A stretch of 50,914 bases of DNA. Source: Octopus sinensis. Its lineage: Eukaryota. Of this stretch, positions 37,640 through 50,914 are shown one piece after another. The stretch is from positions 1 to 50,914 of the forward strand of contig NW_021834195.1 of NCBI RefSeq assembly GCF_006345805.1, given 5' to 3'. Within the stretch, counting starts at the first letter, position 1. The number at the start of each line of letters is the position of its first letter. The translations under genes were made by a program, and so were the position numbers. The notes under the pieces were generated by a model that was not told the origin of the DNA, did not search any database, and was given only the letters and a program-made list of their open reading frames with translations.

Positions 37640-38630
37640 CCTGGGATGGTATGTCAAACAGCAGAGTAAACACTTGCTTGCCGCAGTTAGAAATAGCAAC
37701 GCAATACTTACCGAAAATGTGTCGCACCCAAAGGCATTTAAGAAAGAAGGTGAAGAATAGAGAATAAAATAACTGGAAAATGAAAACAATGCATGGGCAA
37801 TACGTGTGGGAAATCGAAGGTAAAGACAAAACCAACACCTGGAGGTGACTAAGGAAAAGTAACCTGAAAGGATGCACTGAAGCATTGATATGCAGCGCCC
37901 AAGAACTAGCTCTGAGAACTAATTTCCCCTAGTTCCAAATACATAAGAGCAGTGAATCGCCCCTTTGTAGGATGTGTGGCAGCAAAAACGAATCAATCTC
38001 CCATGTTGTGAGTGCGTGTAATAAACAGGTCTAAAAGTACTACAGAAGGAAGAACGATAACATGGTTAAGTTTGTTCACTGGAGATTGTGTGAAAAGTAC
38101 AGCCTTGGAAGAATACAGAAATGGTCCGAGAATGAACCAGAAGGCATCCTTGTGGAATATTGTACAATCCAATGTGACTGCCTAATTGATGTTTGGAGAC
38201 CAGACATTATTGTAGTAGATAAAAAGGAGAAAGGAAACTAAGATCATAGATATTGCCATAGAAGGGAAAGCACGCGTAGATGACAAAGAGCTGGAGAAAA
38301 TGGGAAAGTAGGAGTTATTTAAAGATGAAATTGCAAGAATGTGGGAAATGAAGAGAGTCACTCGGAGGACTAACAACCAAGTTCAAGAAACATGTCGGAG
38401 AAATTGGATTTGACATCAGGGCAGAGAGTGACCCGCAAAACTACTCTATTGGGGACAGGTAGGATTTTGAAATTGGTACTTGGCTATTGAGTATCTTCCA
38501 TGACACTTAACGCCTAAGCACCAAGTCTTATAATTCACGGAAAGTGACCATGCGGAACTTTTGATAACAGGATGCTCTCACAGAATTAACCAGAGCAAGT
38601 AAGATCGACTGCTCCGAGAAGTAAAATATG
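37640..38630 (+). pseudogene. R4/Dong-type LINE 3' portion (CCHC knuckle + restriction-like endonuclease), decayed
   Basis: MHGQY, CRMCGSKNESISHVVSAC (CX2CX8HX4C, 37966-38019), RPDIIVVDKK and IIDIA motifs; stops present; ends in (TAA)n. Confidence 0.88.

Positions 38631-38697
<67 letters not shown>
38631..38697. repeat. (TAA)n microsatellite
   Basis: Direct, about 22 units. Confidence 0.97.
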
Positions 38698-38762
38698 GCA
38701 ACTTTGGACCCCCATAACAACTGAAGAGGTCACCCAGGCATGACAAGATCCCCAACTTCTGG

Positions 38763-39401
38763 TTGAAATATCTAACAGGAATGCACAAAAAGCTGGCTGA
38801 AAACTTTAACAGCATGCTAGCAGAGCCAGAGACGATGCCTGAATGGCTCACGAAGGGGAAAACCATATTAATTCCCAAATCAAATGAGACAGCAAAACCA
38901 GAAAACTACAGACCAATAACCTGTCTCCCTACAATATACAAGGCACTTACTGCAGTGATATCGCAAAGGTTGAACAAGCACCTGGACGAAAACAACCTGT
39001 TTCCAGAAGAGCAGAAAGGATGCCGCAAAGGCATAACTGAAGACAGCCATAGAAAGAAGAAAGGCCTCAGTATGGCCTGGATCGATTACAAAAAGGCGTT
39101 TGATAGCATCCCCCACATATGGATCCTCGAAACACTAGCCATTAACAAAGTAGCACCAACCCTTATAAAATTCATAGGGCACTCTATGAATAAATGGCAA
39201 ACCGTGCTACAGCTCCAAACAAAAGAGGGACTCATGAAAACCAAAGCCATCACCATTAGAAGAGGAATATTCCAGGGAGACACTCTCTCTCCACTCCTTT
39301 TCTGCTTGGCACTGTCACCTCTATCTGATATGCTAAATAGAACTGGATGCGGATATAGTTTCCACATGCAGTGTTCATGTGACTATACAGACTGTGCATA
39401 G
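38763..39401 (+). pseudogene. R4/Dong-type LINE reverse transcriptase fragment (truncated before YMDD)
   Basis: NYRPITCLPTIYK, FPEEQKGCRKG, WIDYKKAFDSIPH, GIFQGDTLSPLLFCLAL; fragment begins at about 38698 and homology stops at about 39360. Confidence 0.92.
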
Positions 39402-39929
39402 TCAAACGCAGTCCTTAGGGCATTGTGTTCCTATCCTATACCAATGATACCCAATCCTCTCATGCCTCTTCAACTCCTTTTCTGTCCGTCTCTGAACTCT
39501 CTAAGTTTCTCTCTTCCATAAACACAAAACTTGTGTACCGTCATCCTCAGGAACGATAGTTTCTCAGCTTGCAAAATTGTCCATTGACCTCTGCACCGCA
39601 CCTAGACCCAGCTACACTGATCTGCCCAGGTGAATTCGTACTTCGACCACTTTTCACTCAAACTTTATTTCATTTCACATCGTACATCTCCTGCACAACC
39701 CATATCCTCCTTCACAATAATTACATTATCTTTCGCTGGTTCTCTACTTCTTTACATCAAACATTTACTTCTTTCATTTTATCTTACCCAGTTTTGTGTT
39801 GTAAATAATGATGACCCTATATTTTCGCTAAACAAAGAAATTAAAATGTCCGAAATGCTAGATTCTTTTCTTCTTCACTGAAACTCAAACCATTGATATT
39901 TTCTACGAACCTTCATTGGGGGATAGTTT

Positions 39930-40110
39930 TGTTTTTAGCCCCAAGTTAGGCCCGATCGAGAAACCTTATGATCAAATGCATTTTACCCGCGACCATACCA
40001 TCTCATTTTCAAACATTGTGTACTCAAGGTTACATCCAACGTATCTTTTTTGAAAAAAAATTATAGAGTGATTTTCATAAATTGTTTCTTCTCTTCCTTG
40101 TATGTTAAAA
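39930..40110 (-). mobile_element. Ancient SINE-like repeat (family D)
   Basis: TTTAGCCCC..CCCGATCGAG..TATGATCAAA..GACCAT. Confidence 0.55.
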
Positions 40111-41522
40111 GGATATGTTATTGCAATGGAAATACGATAGCGTTAGTGAAGGGAAAGAAAAGGAAAAACTAGATTGATTCTATTATGACTAGTAAGTATG
40201 TTTCCATAGTGATAAAGGAATCGAATTTCTATTTATAGTGATACTAATACCGAAATAATAATTCCAGTAAATTAATCAATGCTACCAACATTTAATTTAA
40301 ATGTAATTTCAAATATGTGTTGAATTAAATGTTGCCTCGAGTGATGAAGTTGATGGATCATTATAATCATGTGCAGTCTGTCAATATTTGTGTTAAATTA
40401 ATGTTGGCTACATTTAATGTTATAAAACAGAGATGAAAATAAAAGCTGCAACCCCCAAAGCAATCATACCATCAATATTTGAAAGAGAAAACCTTTCAGA
40501 TGGGGACTTCATAAGAAATTCTAAGATATAATGATAAATCACTATAGCAATCTAGTTCCGATGCAAGCAGAATATTTCTTGTTGGTTTACATTAACTTCT
40601 TCCAATTTTTTTTTACAACTACTTAGAAAGTCCTTATAATTTTATGAATTAATGATACGTAGGTCGTAATGTTCCTTTTCTTTATAAATATATCGGGATG
40701 CGTGTGAAATGAAATAACTATGACAGGGAAACAAAACTACGTTGAGGGTTCGGTTCTCCGTGGGTTTTCTTATCTCTGCCGTCTAAAGTGCATGCGCGGG
40801 AGGGTGCTACTGCGTAATCGGTAGGTCCGTTATAAATAGCTGTAAAATATCCCTGAATTTACACCCTACTTTATTGAAAAATAATGATGTAGCCCCTAAA
40901 TGCATTGATTTAGGGAAATGCGAGATTACTTCAAAGGCTGCTATCATATACCTCTGTCAGCAAAAATTATAATAGCGCTGGTTTTCGTGATAATCATGCA
41001 AAAACCAAACTGTATGTGATGACAAACATTGCGGTCTTTTAATACTAATCCTTCTCTTTCTTCGCCTTCTACATATTTTCATCATATACATCCGTAATAA
41101 TTTTTATTCTAGATTATACCCTTTCTTTCTCATCATTGTTTTAACGCAATTAAAGTTCACAATCTTCTTTTTTTTTTCTTATCTTCTTTCTATAACATTT
41201 TCTAAGATTTGGCTATAGCTGACATGGTAGTAACTTATAGAAAGAACTGGACGAAAGACAACCAGAACCAATAATTTTACCAATAATTTTTTACTAGTGA
41301 GAAAGATCTTCGAAAAAGACTATATCTTGATGGGAGAGAAAAGGAGGGAATATATTAAGTCTTGAATAGAGAATTAACGACGAATTTGAAACGTAATATA
41401 ATTTCTGACATAACTCGAAATGAGAAGAGAAACTGGATCGGGAACTAATGCCACCAAAACATTATGATTTTGTCTATTTAAATACCATTTAAAATATCGT
41501 TGATACCTGCGAATTATCTTTT

Positions 41523-41905
41523 ATCTTCTACTTGCTTTAGTCATTGGGCTGCTGTCATCGCATGGAAAAGAGTTTTAGTCAAACAAATCAATCCCAATAC
41601 CTACTTGTTTTTAAAGATGGTGATTCTGTCTTTTTTTTTACCGAAGTACTAAGTTACGGAGGCTTAAATAAATCAATACCAGTGGTCAAGCGGTGATGGT
41701 GAGCAGACAGACACTAAGACACACACATGCCCATATATATGTATAAATTGGACTTCAGTATCTGTCTACCAAACCCACTCAGAAAACTTTGGTCGACCCG
41801 AAACTGTAGCCGAAGAGACTCGCATAAGGTGCCACGCAGTGGAACTGAACCCAGAACCACGTAGTTGGGAAGTAAACTTCTTACCATACAAGTTAAGCCT
41901 GCGCT
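41523..41905 (-). mobile_element. Composite SINE family A (older)
   Basis: Similarity to other copies. Confidence 0.8.
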
Positions 41906-42739
41906 TAATTATTTAATTTTAAAAGAATTCTATTGGTCTCTAAAAATATACAGATTTCGGTGTTTCAATCGATGACACACATTCCCACAAACATGGCAAG
42001 ATTATATTTATGAATAAAAGCTCAAAACATGGTTCATAACAACCAGTCATCTTTCGTATTTGCTGAATGAAAGCATATTATTCATCAACTTCTATTATTT
42101 CTATGTTTTCGCTGCATAATTTCTATTTATTTAGAATTTTTTAAATGTCCTAAGCTTTAAAAATACCTTCACCCACATCAATAATACTCAAACTTTCTTC
42201 TTTATCTCACGCATGCAATGAACGAATGGTATCGTTAGATAATTTTTATATAATCCAATTTATCTTTTGTTTTACCGTTCGTTTACTCATTTCAGTCACT
42301 GGACTGCTACTACCCTGGTGCACTGTAGTGAAGGGATACAAAATTTGTCAGAAGTTTTCATTTAAACGGAATCGATATGCTGTTTAATGTTTACTCTTTG
42401 CAACGGCACCCGAATTGGAAACTGAATTATTTCCCTTTTTGATTGATGTTATATGGTTCCTTCCTTGTAGAAATAGAAACAATAATGAGAAAGAAAGCAA
42501 GCAAGAGTGAAAGCGATATAGATAGGTAGTTATTTCGACAGTTGTAACATTCTTAGAAGATAAATTCGAAAAGTCATTAGAGCGATACATAGAACACCTT
42601 CTGAAGTATGTCCCCGTTTCGTTCTGAGTTCAAATCCTATAGAGATCAACTTTCACTTTCATCTATACGTAGTCTTCAAATAAAGTGCTATGAATAACTA
42701 AGGTGGATAATTTTTGTCTTCTTTCCTCCATTGTCTCAG

Positions 42740-42787
42740 AAATTTGCCGAAAAAAGGCAACAGGAAATCACCTTTGTTTCCTCACTT
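42740..42787 (+). CDS. Candidate exon (KFAEKRQQEITFVSSL)
   Basis: Strong polypyrimidine tract and TCTCAG| acceptor, CTT|GTAAAT donor, 48 nt phase 0 to 0, compatible with the 25806 end. Confidence 0.3.
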
Positions 42788-43310
42788 GTAAATTCTTAGC
42801 AAACACCTAATTTCGCTTCAGGAAGCGAAGTTTGGGAGTCATTCCTCGACCTGATTGCCCAATACATAGTCTTCTTGGTTCCTTAATAAAAAAATAATGA
42901 CTGACATTTCTAAATGGGAAGAGAACCCATTTAAGGTTGGAAACTAATCTGAAAATGTATCTTTATTTTTCATTGGGATCACTTGAAGATGTATTTTAGT
43001 ATTTAGTTATATCTCTTTAGATACAAATATATATATATATATACACTTGTCGGTTGGGCCATACGTTTCACCAACAGTTGTATGTTTCGCTGCCAATGTA
43101 AGAAATCCATAATCTAAGGGTTCATATTTAAAACTTAGTATTTGAGTGAATTTTTAGAAGTTCAGGATATCAACTTCTGTTATAAGTTATTGCTACTTAC
43201 GCTCTACATCCAAATTATACAGTTAGCTTACATTTCATCATTCTAGGAGCGATTGAAAAATAAAGGGCAATACCACCCCTCCTCAAAGGCTGTGAATTTC
43301 TACAATAACT

Positions 43311-43716
43311 CTTTCTACTGGAAGCACAAGGCCTCAAGTTTGGGGAAAGGATTAAGTCGATTACATCGACCCAATGGGCAACTGGTAGCTATTTAATTAA
43401 CCCCGAAAGAACGAAAGGCAAAGTCGACCTCGGTGGAATTTGAACACATAACGTAACGTTAAAAATATAGTACTGTTAACAAAAATATATTTTTTTGTCC
43501 ACAAGGGGCTAAACAGAGAGGGGACAAACAAAGCGATTAAGTCGATTACATCGAATCCTTGACTCCTAGTGCATAAATGGTACTTTTTTAATTGATCCCG
43601 AAAGAATGAAATGCAAAGTCGACCTCGGCGGAATTTGAACTCATAACGTAACGGCAGACGAAGTATCGCTAAGCGTTTCGTCCAGGGTGGTAACGATTTT
43701 ACCAGCTCACCGCCTT
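43311..43716 (-). mobile_element. Dimeric SINE family B
   Basis: Same architecture as 4186-4582. Confidence 0.85.
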
Positions 43717-43820
43717 GATTTGCTACAACAATATCATGCATTTATAGCGTAATATAATAATTTATTTCATTTGCAAAATATTGCAAATATGTCTTACATT
43801 TATAAACTATTACACAAACA

Positions 43821-44187
43821 GTGGAGGCGCAATGGCCCAGTGGTTAGGGCCGCGGACTCGCGGTCATAGGATCGCGGTTTCGATTCTCAGACCGGGCGTT
43901 GTGAGTGTTATTGAACGAAAACACTAAGCTCCACGAGGCTCGGCAGGGGATGGTGGTGATCCCTGCTGTACTCTTTCACCACAAATTCTCTCCACTCTTA
44001 CTTCCTGTTTCTGTTGTACCGTATTTCAAAGGGCCGCCTTGTCACTCTCTGTGTCACGCTGAATATCCCCGAGAACTATGTTAAGGGTACACGTGTCTGT
44101 GGAGTGCTCAGCCACTTACACCTTAAGTTCCGTTGATTTGGGTCAACCGGAACCCTCGTCGTCGTAACCGACGGAGTGCTTCCATCC
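43821..44187 (+). mobile_element. Full-length SINE (family C head, alternative tail) with 12-bp TSD
   Basis: A-box TGGCCCAGTGG, B-box GGTTTCGATTC; TSD ATTACACAAACA (43809) / ATTATACAAACA (44188). Confidence 0.9.
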
Positions 44188-44367
44188 ATTATACAAACAT
44201 ATTACTGTTGTAAAGAGTAACAACAATATATTACATCAATAAAGGATTTCAATGATACATTGTATTGATATTGCATTACATCCATATATTATAATCATAA
44301 AGTATCGCAACACTATATTATAAAATATAAAGCGGCATTTTGGGCTAGTGTCGTCGACCATTTGGTC

Positions 44368-44690
44368 CTCTTGTAAGTGGATTTGGTAGGTGGAAACTGA
44401 AAGAAAGCCGTCGTATATATAAATATCTAAGTGCGTATGTGTATGTGTGTGTATCTTTCCGTTCGTCATCCACCACCGCTTGACAACCGGTGCTAGTTTG
44501 TTTACGTCCTCGTAACCAAGTGTTTCGGCAAAAGCGACCGATTGAACAAGTACCAGGTTTTTACAAAAAAAAAAAAAAAAAAGAAATTTCAAAAAGTTAT
44601 AAGTGCCGGAGTCGATTCATGCAACAAAATTTGTTCAAGGCGGTGCTCCAGCGCGGCCGCACTTCTTAATGTTTGAAACAAATAAATGAT
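44368..44690 (+). mobile_element. 5'-truncated SINE family A
   Basis: GTGGATTTGGTAG...GGCGGTGCTCCAGC. Confidence 0.8.
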
Positions 44691-45340
44691 AACAGATTAC
44701 ATTTATGAAGTATAGCGAACTATTACATTTATAAAAATATTGCCGCCAATTTATCATATTTATAAAATATTACAACATATTACATTTATAAAGCATTTCA
44801 ATCTTTTATTACATTCATAAAGCCGATTGCAATAACATATTTACAAGTTGATCAACTGTAATATTATACGATAGTGGAAATTGCTAAATACAACAACAAG
44901 AAAAGCTGCTAATACATTAAAATGTAAAACATGTGATTTACTTAAAGCGAATTACACGAATTATAGATTTAAAATTATAAAAGTGAAAGCTGTGAGTAAG
45001 TCTTTGGGAAGATGTGTATTATTAACAAGGAATTTATCTAAGTAAAAATTGAAAAAAATAGTCTTAATCGAAAATATAAGCTGCTGCTGTTGCTGCTGCC
45101 ACGGCTGAAAATATATAATTTATGTTGAAGTAGTTTTAGGGATTTAACGAATTATGTTTTTAAAATCATTAAAATATTTTAGGATTTTTCAATAAAAATC
45201 TTTCTCAAGCTCATTGTGATAACTTCGAGGCTAAAATGAAATAAAGTAAAAAATAAATATAATAATACAATAAATATATAAAATTAGGATTGACGTGGGT
45301 GTGTGTAGGTGTGCGCACGCGTATGTGTATGTTGTGTGTG

Positions 45341-45382
<42 letters not shown>

Positions 45383-46079
45383 GGGAGATATGTTCTATGG
45401 GGTGGGGTTTTATTTTCTCAATTAAAAGGGAACGAAAGCAAAAACAAAAATAATATACAGAAAATGAAATAAAACACTACTGACATTACAAAACTAACAA
45501 CTATATAAAGAATACAAGAAAATATGTATAAAAAAAAATACCGAAGCAAGTATTAAGTGACGAGACTGAAGATGATGATGAGAACGCAATAACGAATAGA
45601 AACGAAGAGATTTGGGCAAAAAGGAAGAACCAAAAACCATAACAAAAGCAAAAAGAAAAAAAAAACCCGTTTCAGAAGGAAATTTCATTCTAAAGAAATA
45701 CTAAGAAGAATTGCTCAAAATGCGTGTAATAAATAACTTTTGCTTGGCTGGGTTCTTTTTTTGGCTGGTAGTTGAAGAGTTATTTTTCGGTTCTTCTTCT
45801 TTTCGTTTTTGTATTCGGGATACGAGAAAAGGAGAGTGAGAGAGCGGGGTGTGGTTGGGTAATGAAGACAGACATAGAAGGAGAGAGAGAGATAGAGAGA
45901 GAGAGAGAGTGTGTTGTGTATGAATGTGTGTGTGTGTTGGAGAGGTAAGGTGTTGTGCTTACAATGACTGATGTTATATGAAGACAGGTATGAAGTGGCG
46001 AAACGATGATTCCAGGCAATTATGACGTAAATTATGACGCTATTATTGTCCTTCTGGTTTCAGTGGTGGATAGTGTTCT

Positions 46080-46186
46080 TGAGATTGTTGTTGTTGTTGT
46101 TGTTGTTGTTGCGGTAATTGCAGTTGTTGCTGTTGACAACATAAACTTGGGAAAGATTTTGTAATAATAATAATAATAATATAATA

Positions 46187-46222
<36 letters not shown>

Positions 46223-46290
46223 TAGAGATGAAAATGCTGCGGCTGCTAATGATGATGATGATGATAATGATGATGATTTGGACCACAATA
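46080..46290. repeat. Compound (GTT)n/(AAT)n/(GAT)n microsatellite
   Basis: Direct. Confidence 0.92.
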
Positions 46291-46662
46291 ATGACGAAGA
46301 TAATTAAATGAAATGATATACATGAATAACAAATGTAGCATTACATTACATGGCGGAATGCGAGAAATGAATATATACATACGTCTATCCATACATTCAA
46401 GATAAGAATTATACATTCATTCATTTGTCTCTCTTTCTCCTTTTCTGTCTGTCTCCATTACCACTCTCTCTCTCTCTCACTCTCTTTTTCTCGTATCAAT
46501 AAAACAAAAGGAAAACGGAAAAAAACTGAATATACATACATGTGTATATATATATATATATATATATTTATATGTATATATGTATTATATACATGTTGTG
46601 TGTGTGTATGTATATATACACATATACATACACACACACACATATATATATGTATATATATA

Positions 46663-46711
<49 letters not shown>

Positions 46712-46872
46712 ATATATATATATATATGCATATATGCGTACAGGACGTCACAAACTGTGTAAACAACATGAAATACAAAAGCAAACGTGTTAAATACGCA
46801 AACAACGGGAGAAAAAATGGAAAACCGGACAAGTACACACAGAGAAACGACCCTTCATCAGTTGTCGGCTGT

Positions 46873-47004
<132 letters not shown>

Positions 47005-48100
47005 TAATAATTTGTAGGATTCATTTCAATCAACGTATTTTAAGATTTAGGACACCAGGGCGAGGGTCGAGGTAGGCCTACACATCGCTATATATACCAT
47101 GTACGAATATATCCGTAAATACTCATGCATTACACGGACTATCAAAACTCACACATATCCATACACATACACATACATATACATGTACACACAACGATGC
47201 ATATATGTATAGATAAGCATGTATAAGAAAGTATTTGCGTAATGTACAGCAGCGTGCCGTATCACGATCCAATGTAAGTCCCAGATCCAACAGGAAAGTT
47301 TCCGGGTATTTTGCTTACATAAAATAAGAATAAAAATTGTTTAAAAACCGTTTTCTTCAGGTGAGTTAAAAATAAAAAATTTGGTGTGGAGAAAAAATTC
47401 CAAGATGTGGAATGTGGACTGACCCTCTCGTCTCGGTATTAATGAAGAACGTGAGGACATTCAGAGATTTAACCAGATTTCATGGGCATATAGATCATAA
47501 ATCAATCAATGGACAATGCCACATTTAACCAGATGACCAGAGATAAAAGAGAAGAGGAAGACAGAGAGAAAGGAATAGAAAGGAGAGGGAAAAGATGCTA
47601 GATTAGTGTGGTCAGGACAAATATCCTAACGTCGGCAGAGAATTACTACTGACCTGTAGATAATCAAACGGGTACCTTTACGATAACAGATACCTGGGTG
47701 CAGTCATGCTAGTCACACTTACATGCAAACACACACATATGTGTATGTGTATATATATTAACATATACATTTGCGGATGAACTTATACACATACACACAC
47801 ACGAGCACATATACATATGTATACACACAAATTCAAACAATTATACATGCACGTATAAATGTACACACATATGTATGTACCTACACACATACATACGTAC
47901 ATACATATATACATACATAAAAACATACACAGACACACATTTATACATACATACACACGTACACATATATATACATCAATACATCTACTTGTACGTATAC
48001 ACACCTATATATGCACAAGCTTACACTCACAAAGGTACCCGTACATATATACATATATATATGAGCATTCACATACACGAATACAAGGATTTATCATTTC

Positions 48101-48184
<84 letters not shown>

Positions 48185-48729
48185 AACGGACATAATATAC
48201 ATATATGTACAATATATACATACATTCATACATATATGTTTGTGTCCGCATGCATATGCATTTATTAAATTCATGTATGCATGTATGTAAAGAGGTGTGT
48301 GTGTGTGTGTTTATGAGTATGTGTATATTTTACTATAACACATACATACATACATAGCTTTTAATTAGCTCTATTGCAAAATAACGAGCGCTATTGTTGC
48401 ATTAAAATTCTGTTAATAATAACATATATATTGTGGAATCTAACTTAATAATAAGAGTTTCCTTAACAGGTCACTTTATGATGCTAATTTATCTAAATTT
48501 ATTCTCCTAATGATGTAGCTGTGCATTATATTACTATTATATTTCTTTCGATTGTCTTGCATTATGGTTCTCTTCTGAAAACACATAAAATGCTTCTTTG
48601 AAATCGACATGTAGTAATAAGACGTTTTCTTCAATGATGATTGCTATGTAGCCGCATAAAACTTTTAACTCCAAAGTCTCACACACATATATATTTTGAT
48701 ATCTGAAGGTATTTTCTACGCTCGTTACG

Positions 48730-48960
48730 GATTATTTAGATACCCAGCTTATCTCTTACACGTCTCAATGCTGGACACTGCCTTGCAGAGCTTAGGCGAT
48801 AAGATCGACTCCATTTTTTATTCACAAGACATTGGTTGGCCCGGGGTTTTTAGTAGAAGACACTTACATAAGGTGCTGCGCTGTGGGATTGGACCCCAAA
48901 CCACTTGGTTGCAAAGCGAGCTTCTAAAACACACACCCATGTTTACGCTTAGCCATGCCT
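48730..48960 (-). mobile_element. Degenerate SINE family A
   Basis: TCACAAGAC.TTGGTTGGCCCGGG..TAGTAGAAGACACTT. Confidence 0.7.
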
Positions 48961-48970
48961 GAGCCTGTAT

Positions 48971-49006
<36 letters not shown>

Positions 49007-49077
49007 GTATAAACGGACATAATATACATATATGTACAATATATGTTTGTGTCCGTATGCATATGCAATTATTAAAT

Positions 49078-49280
49078 GTGACCTCGTACCGTTGGCGATT
49101 TTTTTCCCTCTGTCTTCCCTTCTCTGGATATTTCCTTCTCCTATGTTTTCGACGAAGAGTTCCGCTCGAAACGTTAAACCCTCCTTCTTTCCTTCTTTCC
49201 TGAGCGTCCAATAATACTATATTTGTTCCACGTCCTCGCGTTGTTGTTTTTTTGTGCTTTCTTGTTTGGATTAACTTTAT
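49078..49280 (+). mobile_element. Penelope-like pseudo-LTR fragment with minimal hammerhead-like motif
   Basis: GAAGAGTTCCGCTCGAAACGTT and TCCTGAGCG related to 31195-31495; ends in (TA)n. Confidence 0.5.
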
Positions 49281-49832
49281 ATATATATTTACATTGTTTA
49301 ATGTGTATGCAGATATTTAACTATAGGAATATATTAACCCTGAAACAATTTATCAAGCAGTGTTGTGAAATTAACATCCATATATTTATAACATATAACA
49401 CTGTATTTTTCAAATCTCTCTATATTAAATATAATAACACTAACTTGCATATTATGTTTCAAGAGCTTGTCATATCCGATTAGTTAAAAACTATGTATAT
49501 ACTTTGAATATACTAATCATTTATGCTTAAATGTACATTGTATTGTAAAGTTACTCAATGATACTCCTATCGATATTTCAGTATTTAGAGTGAAAGATAT
49601 GCTATACTAGTGAGGTTTAATAAGACAGAAACTTATCCGGAGTTCTCTTTCTGAAATGCTGAAATCTATCTGTCTATCTATCTATTTCAGTGATATACGA
49701 TCCCTATTGATCGTCTTTTTTTTTACGACCCCTTTTGATCAAAGACCTACCCTTTTTTCCCCCCAAAAAGAAAAGATCTACTTTGTAATTTGTCTCCACT
49801 GTGTTCAGTCCTGTGTGACTAATAAAGAAACA

Positions 49833-50030
<198 letters not shown>

Positions 50031-50329
50031 TATCTGTTTGTATGTTTATAAGCATTGTACACACATATGCACCGATGATAGTAACTCTTTCCTCACTCTA
50101 CTTTTGCTCTCTCTCTCTCTCCCTTTCCCTCTTTCACTCATGCACACACACACACTCCTTTATACACAAACACACTCCCAAACATAAATTCTCACAGTTA
50201 AGATTCTGACTTGTAACTTTTGGACATAGCTCTCTCTTCACATGCCGAGACTTTGCCGCTCTCTTTCGCTTACTTTTTCTATCTTACACAGTTTATCTGT
50301 TACTATGATTCTACGTGTGTTATTTAGTT

Positions 50330-50520
50330 CACTGTCACTCAGTTGGCAAAAGTGAGTTGTACCTGTACTTCAAAGGGCCAGATTTGTCATATTCTGTGTC
50401 GTTTTGAATCTCTCCGAGAACTCCACTAAGGGTCAGTCACATGTATGTTAATTTCACCTGCAAGCTGTTCCGTTGATCGGATCAATTGGAACCCTCGTCG
50501 CCGTAACTGACGGAGTACCA
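50330..50520 (+). mobile_element. SINE tail fragment (shared with 12650 and 43821)
   Basis: AAAGGGCCAG..GTTCCGTTGATCGGATCAA.TGGAACCCTCGTCG. Confidence 0.75.
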
Positions 50521-50914
50521 GTCAGCAACCCTATTTTCATGCATGCAAGTCTGGACGCAATCATTCCAGTTTCGATTCCACTGAGTGACATCTTAGTTGT
50601 ATTTTAGCAGCATCTTGCGCCTACACAAAAATTTGTGGGTGAAATTTGTAAGACGAAACTCCATGGAAGCTAGTTGAATAGACTTTAATTCAAACGAGCG
50701 GATTATATTCACACTTCATCGCAATGATTCTGGCTGTGGATTACATAAGAGATGCTCATTTTTCTACAAAATTCAGCCAATTGCTGTATAATTCAGAGAA
50801 CGGGTAGCTGAGTTGATCTAACAGCATGAATACTCATCGTAGAAATCGACAGAGATCCATATATTTGTATTCTTTCTTTTAAAACCTTTTCAGTGTGTGT
50901 GCGTGTGTGTGCCT

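Noticed and set aside
39362-39790. Possible minus-strand RTE LINE fragment truncating the RT ORF
   Set aside because: Only faint, stop-riddled resemblance; cannot be supported without a search
41240-41395. Protein-like stretch (KELDERQPEP / EKDLRKRLYLDG)
   Set aside because: Stops in all frames and no good donor
44696-44845. CRISPR-like repeat-spacer look
   Set aside because: Eukaryotic context, short degenerate AT-rich repeats and no cas genes

Overview
AT-rich eukaryotic, mostly intronic or intergenic DNA. It is very likely from an octopus (inference: extreme (TA)n/(TACA)n/(TATC)n density plus tRNA-derived SINEs resembling the octopus OK/OR families). Most ORFs in the supplied track are microsatellite or SINE artefacts. 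Supported content: dozens of SINE copies in about four families (several with TSDs); two decayed Tc1/mariner transposons (irritans-like and DD37 maT-like); Tigger-like MITEs; a Helitron 5' end; R4/Dong-type LINE relics tied to (TAA)n; a LINE 3' end sharing its tail with a SINE; two local tandem duplications; and a few plausible spliced exons of an unidentified plus-strand gene (best: 25065-25258 and 25669-25806). The most striking signal is a set of hammerhead-ribozyme (HHR) folds in Penelope-like terminal repeats. A 131-bp near-perfect palindrome (34996-35126) encodes a type I HHR on each strand. A second divergent plus/minus HHR-like pair lies at 31692-31766. Two covarying non-canonical minimal HHR-like motifs lie at 31364 and 49145. 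All folds were derived by eye; no database search or folding program was run.
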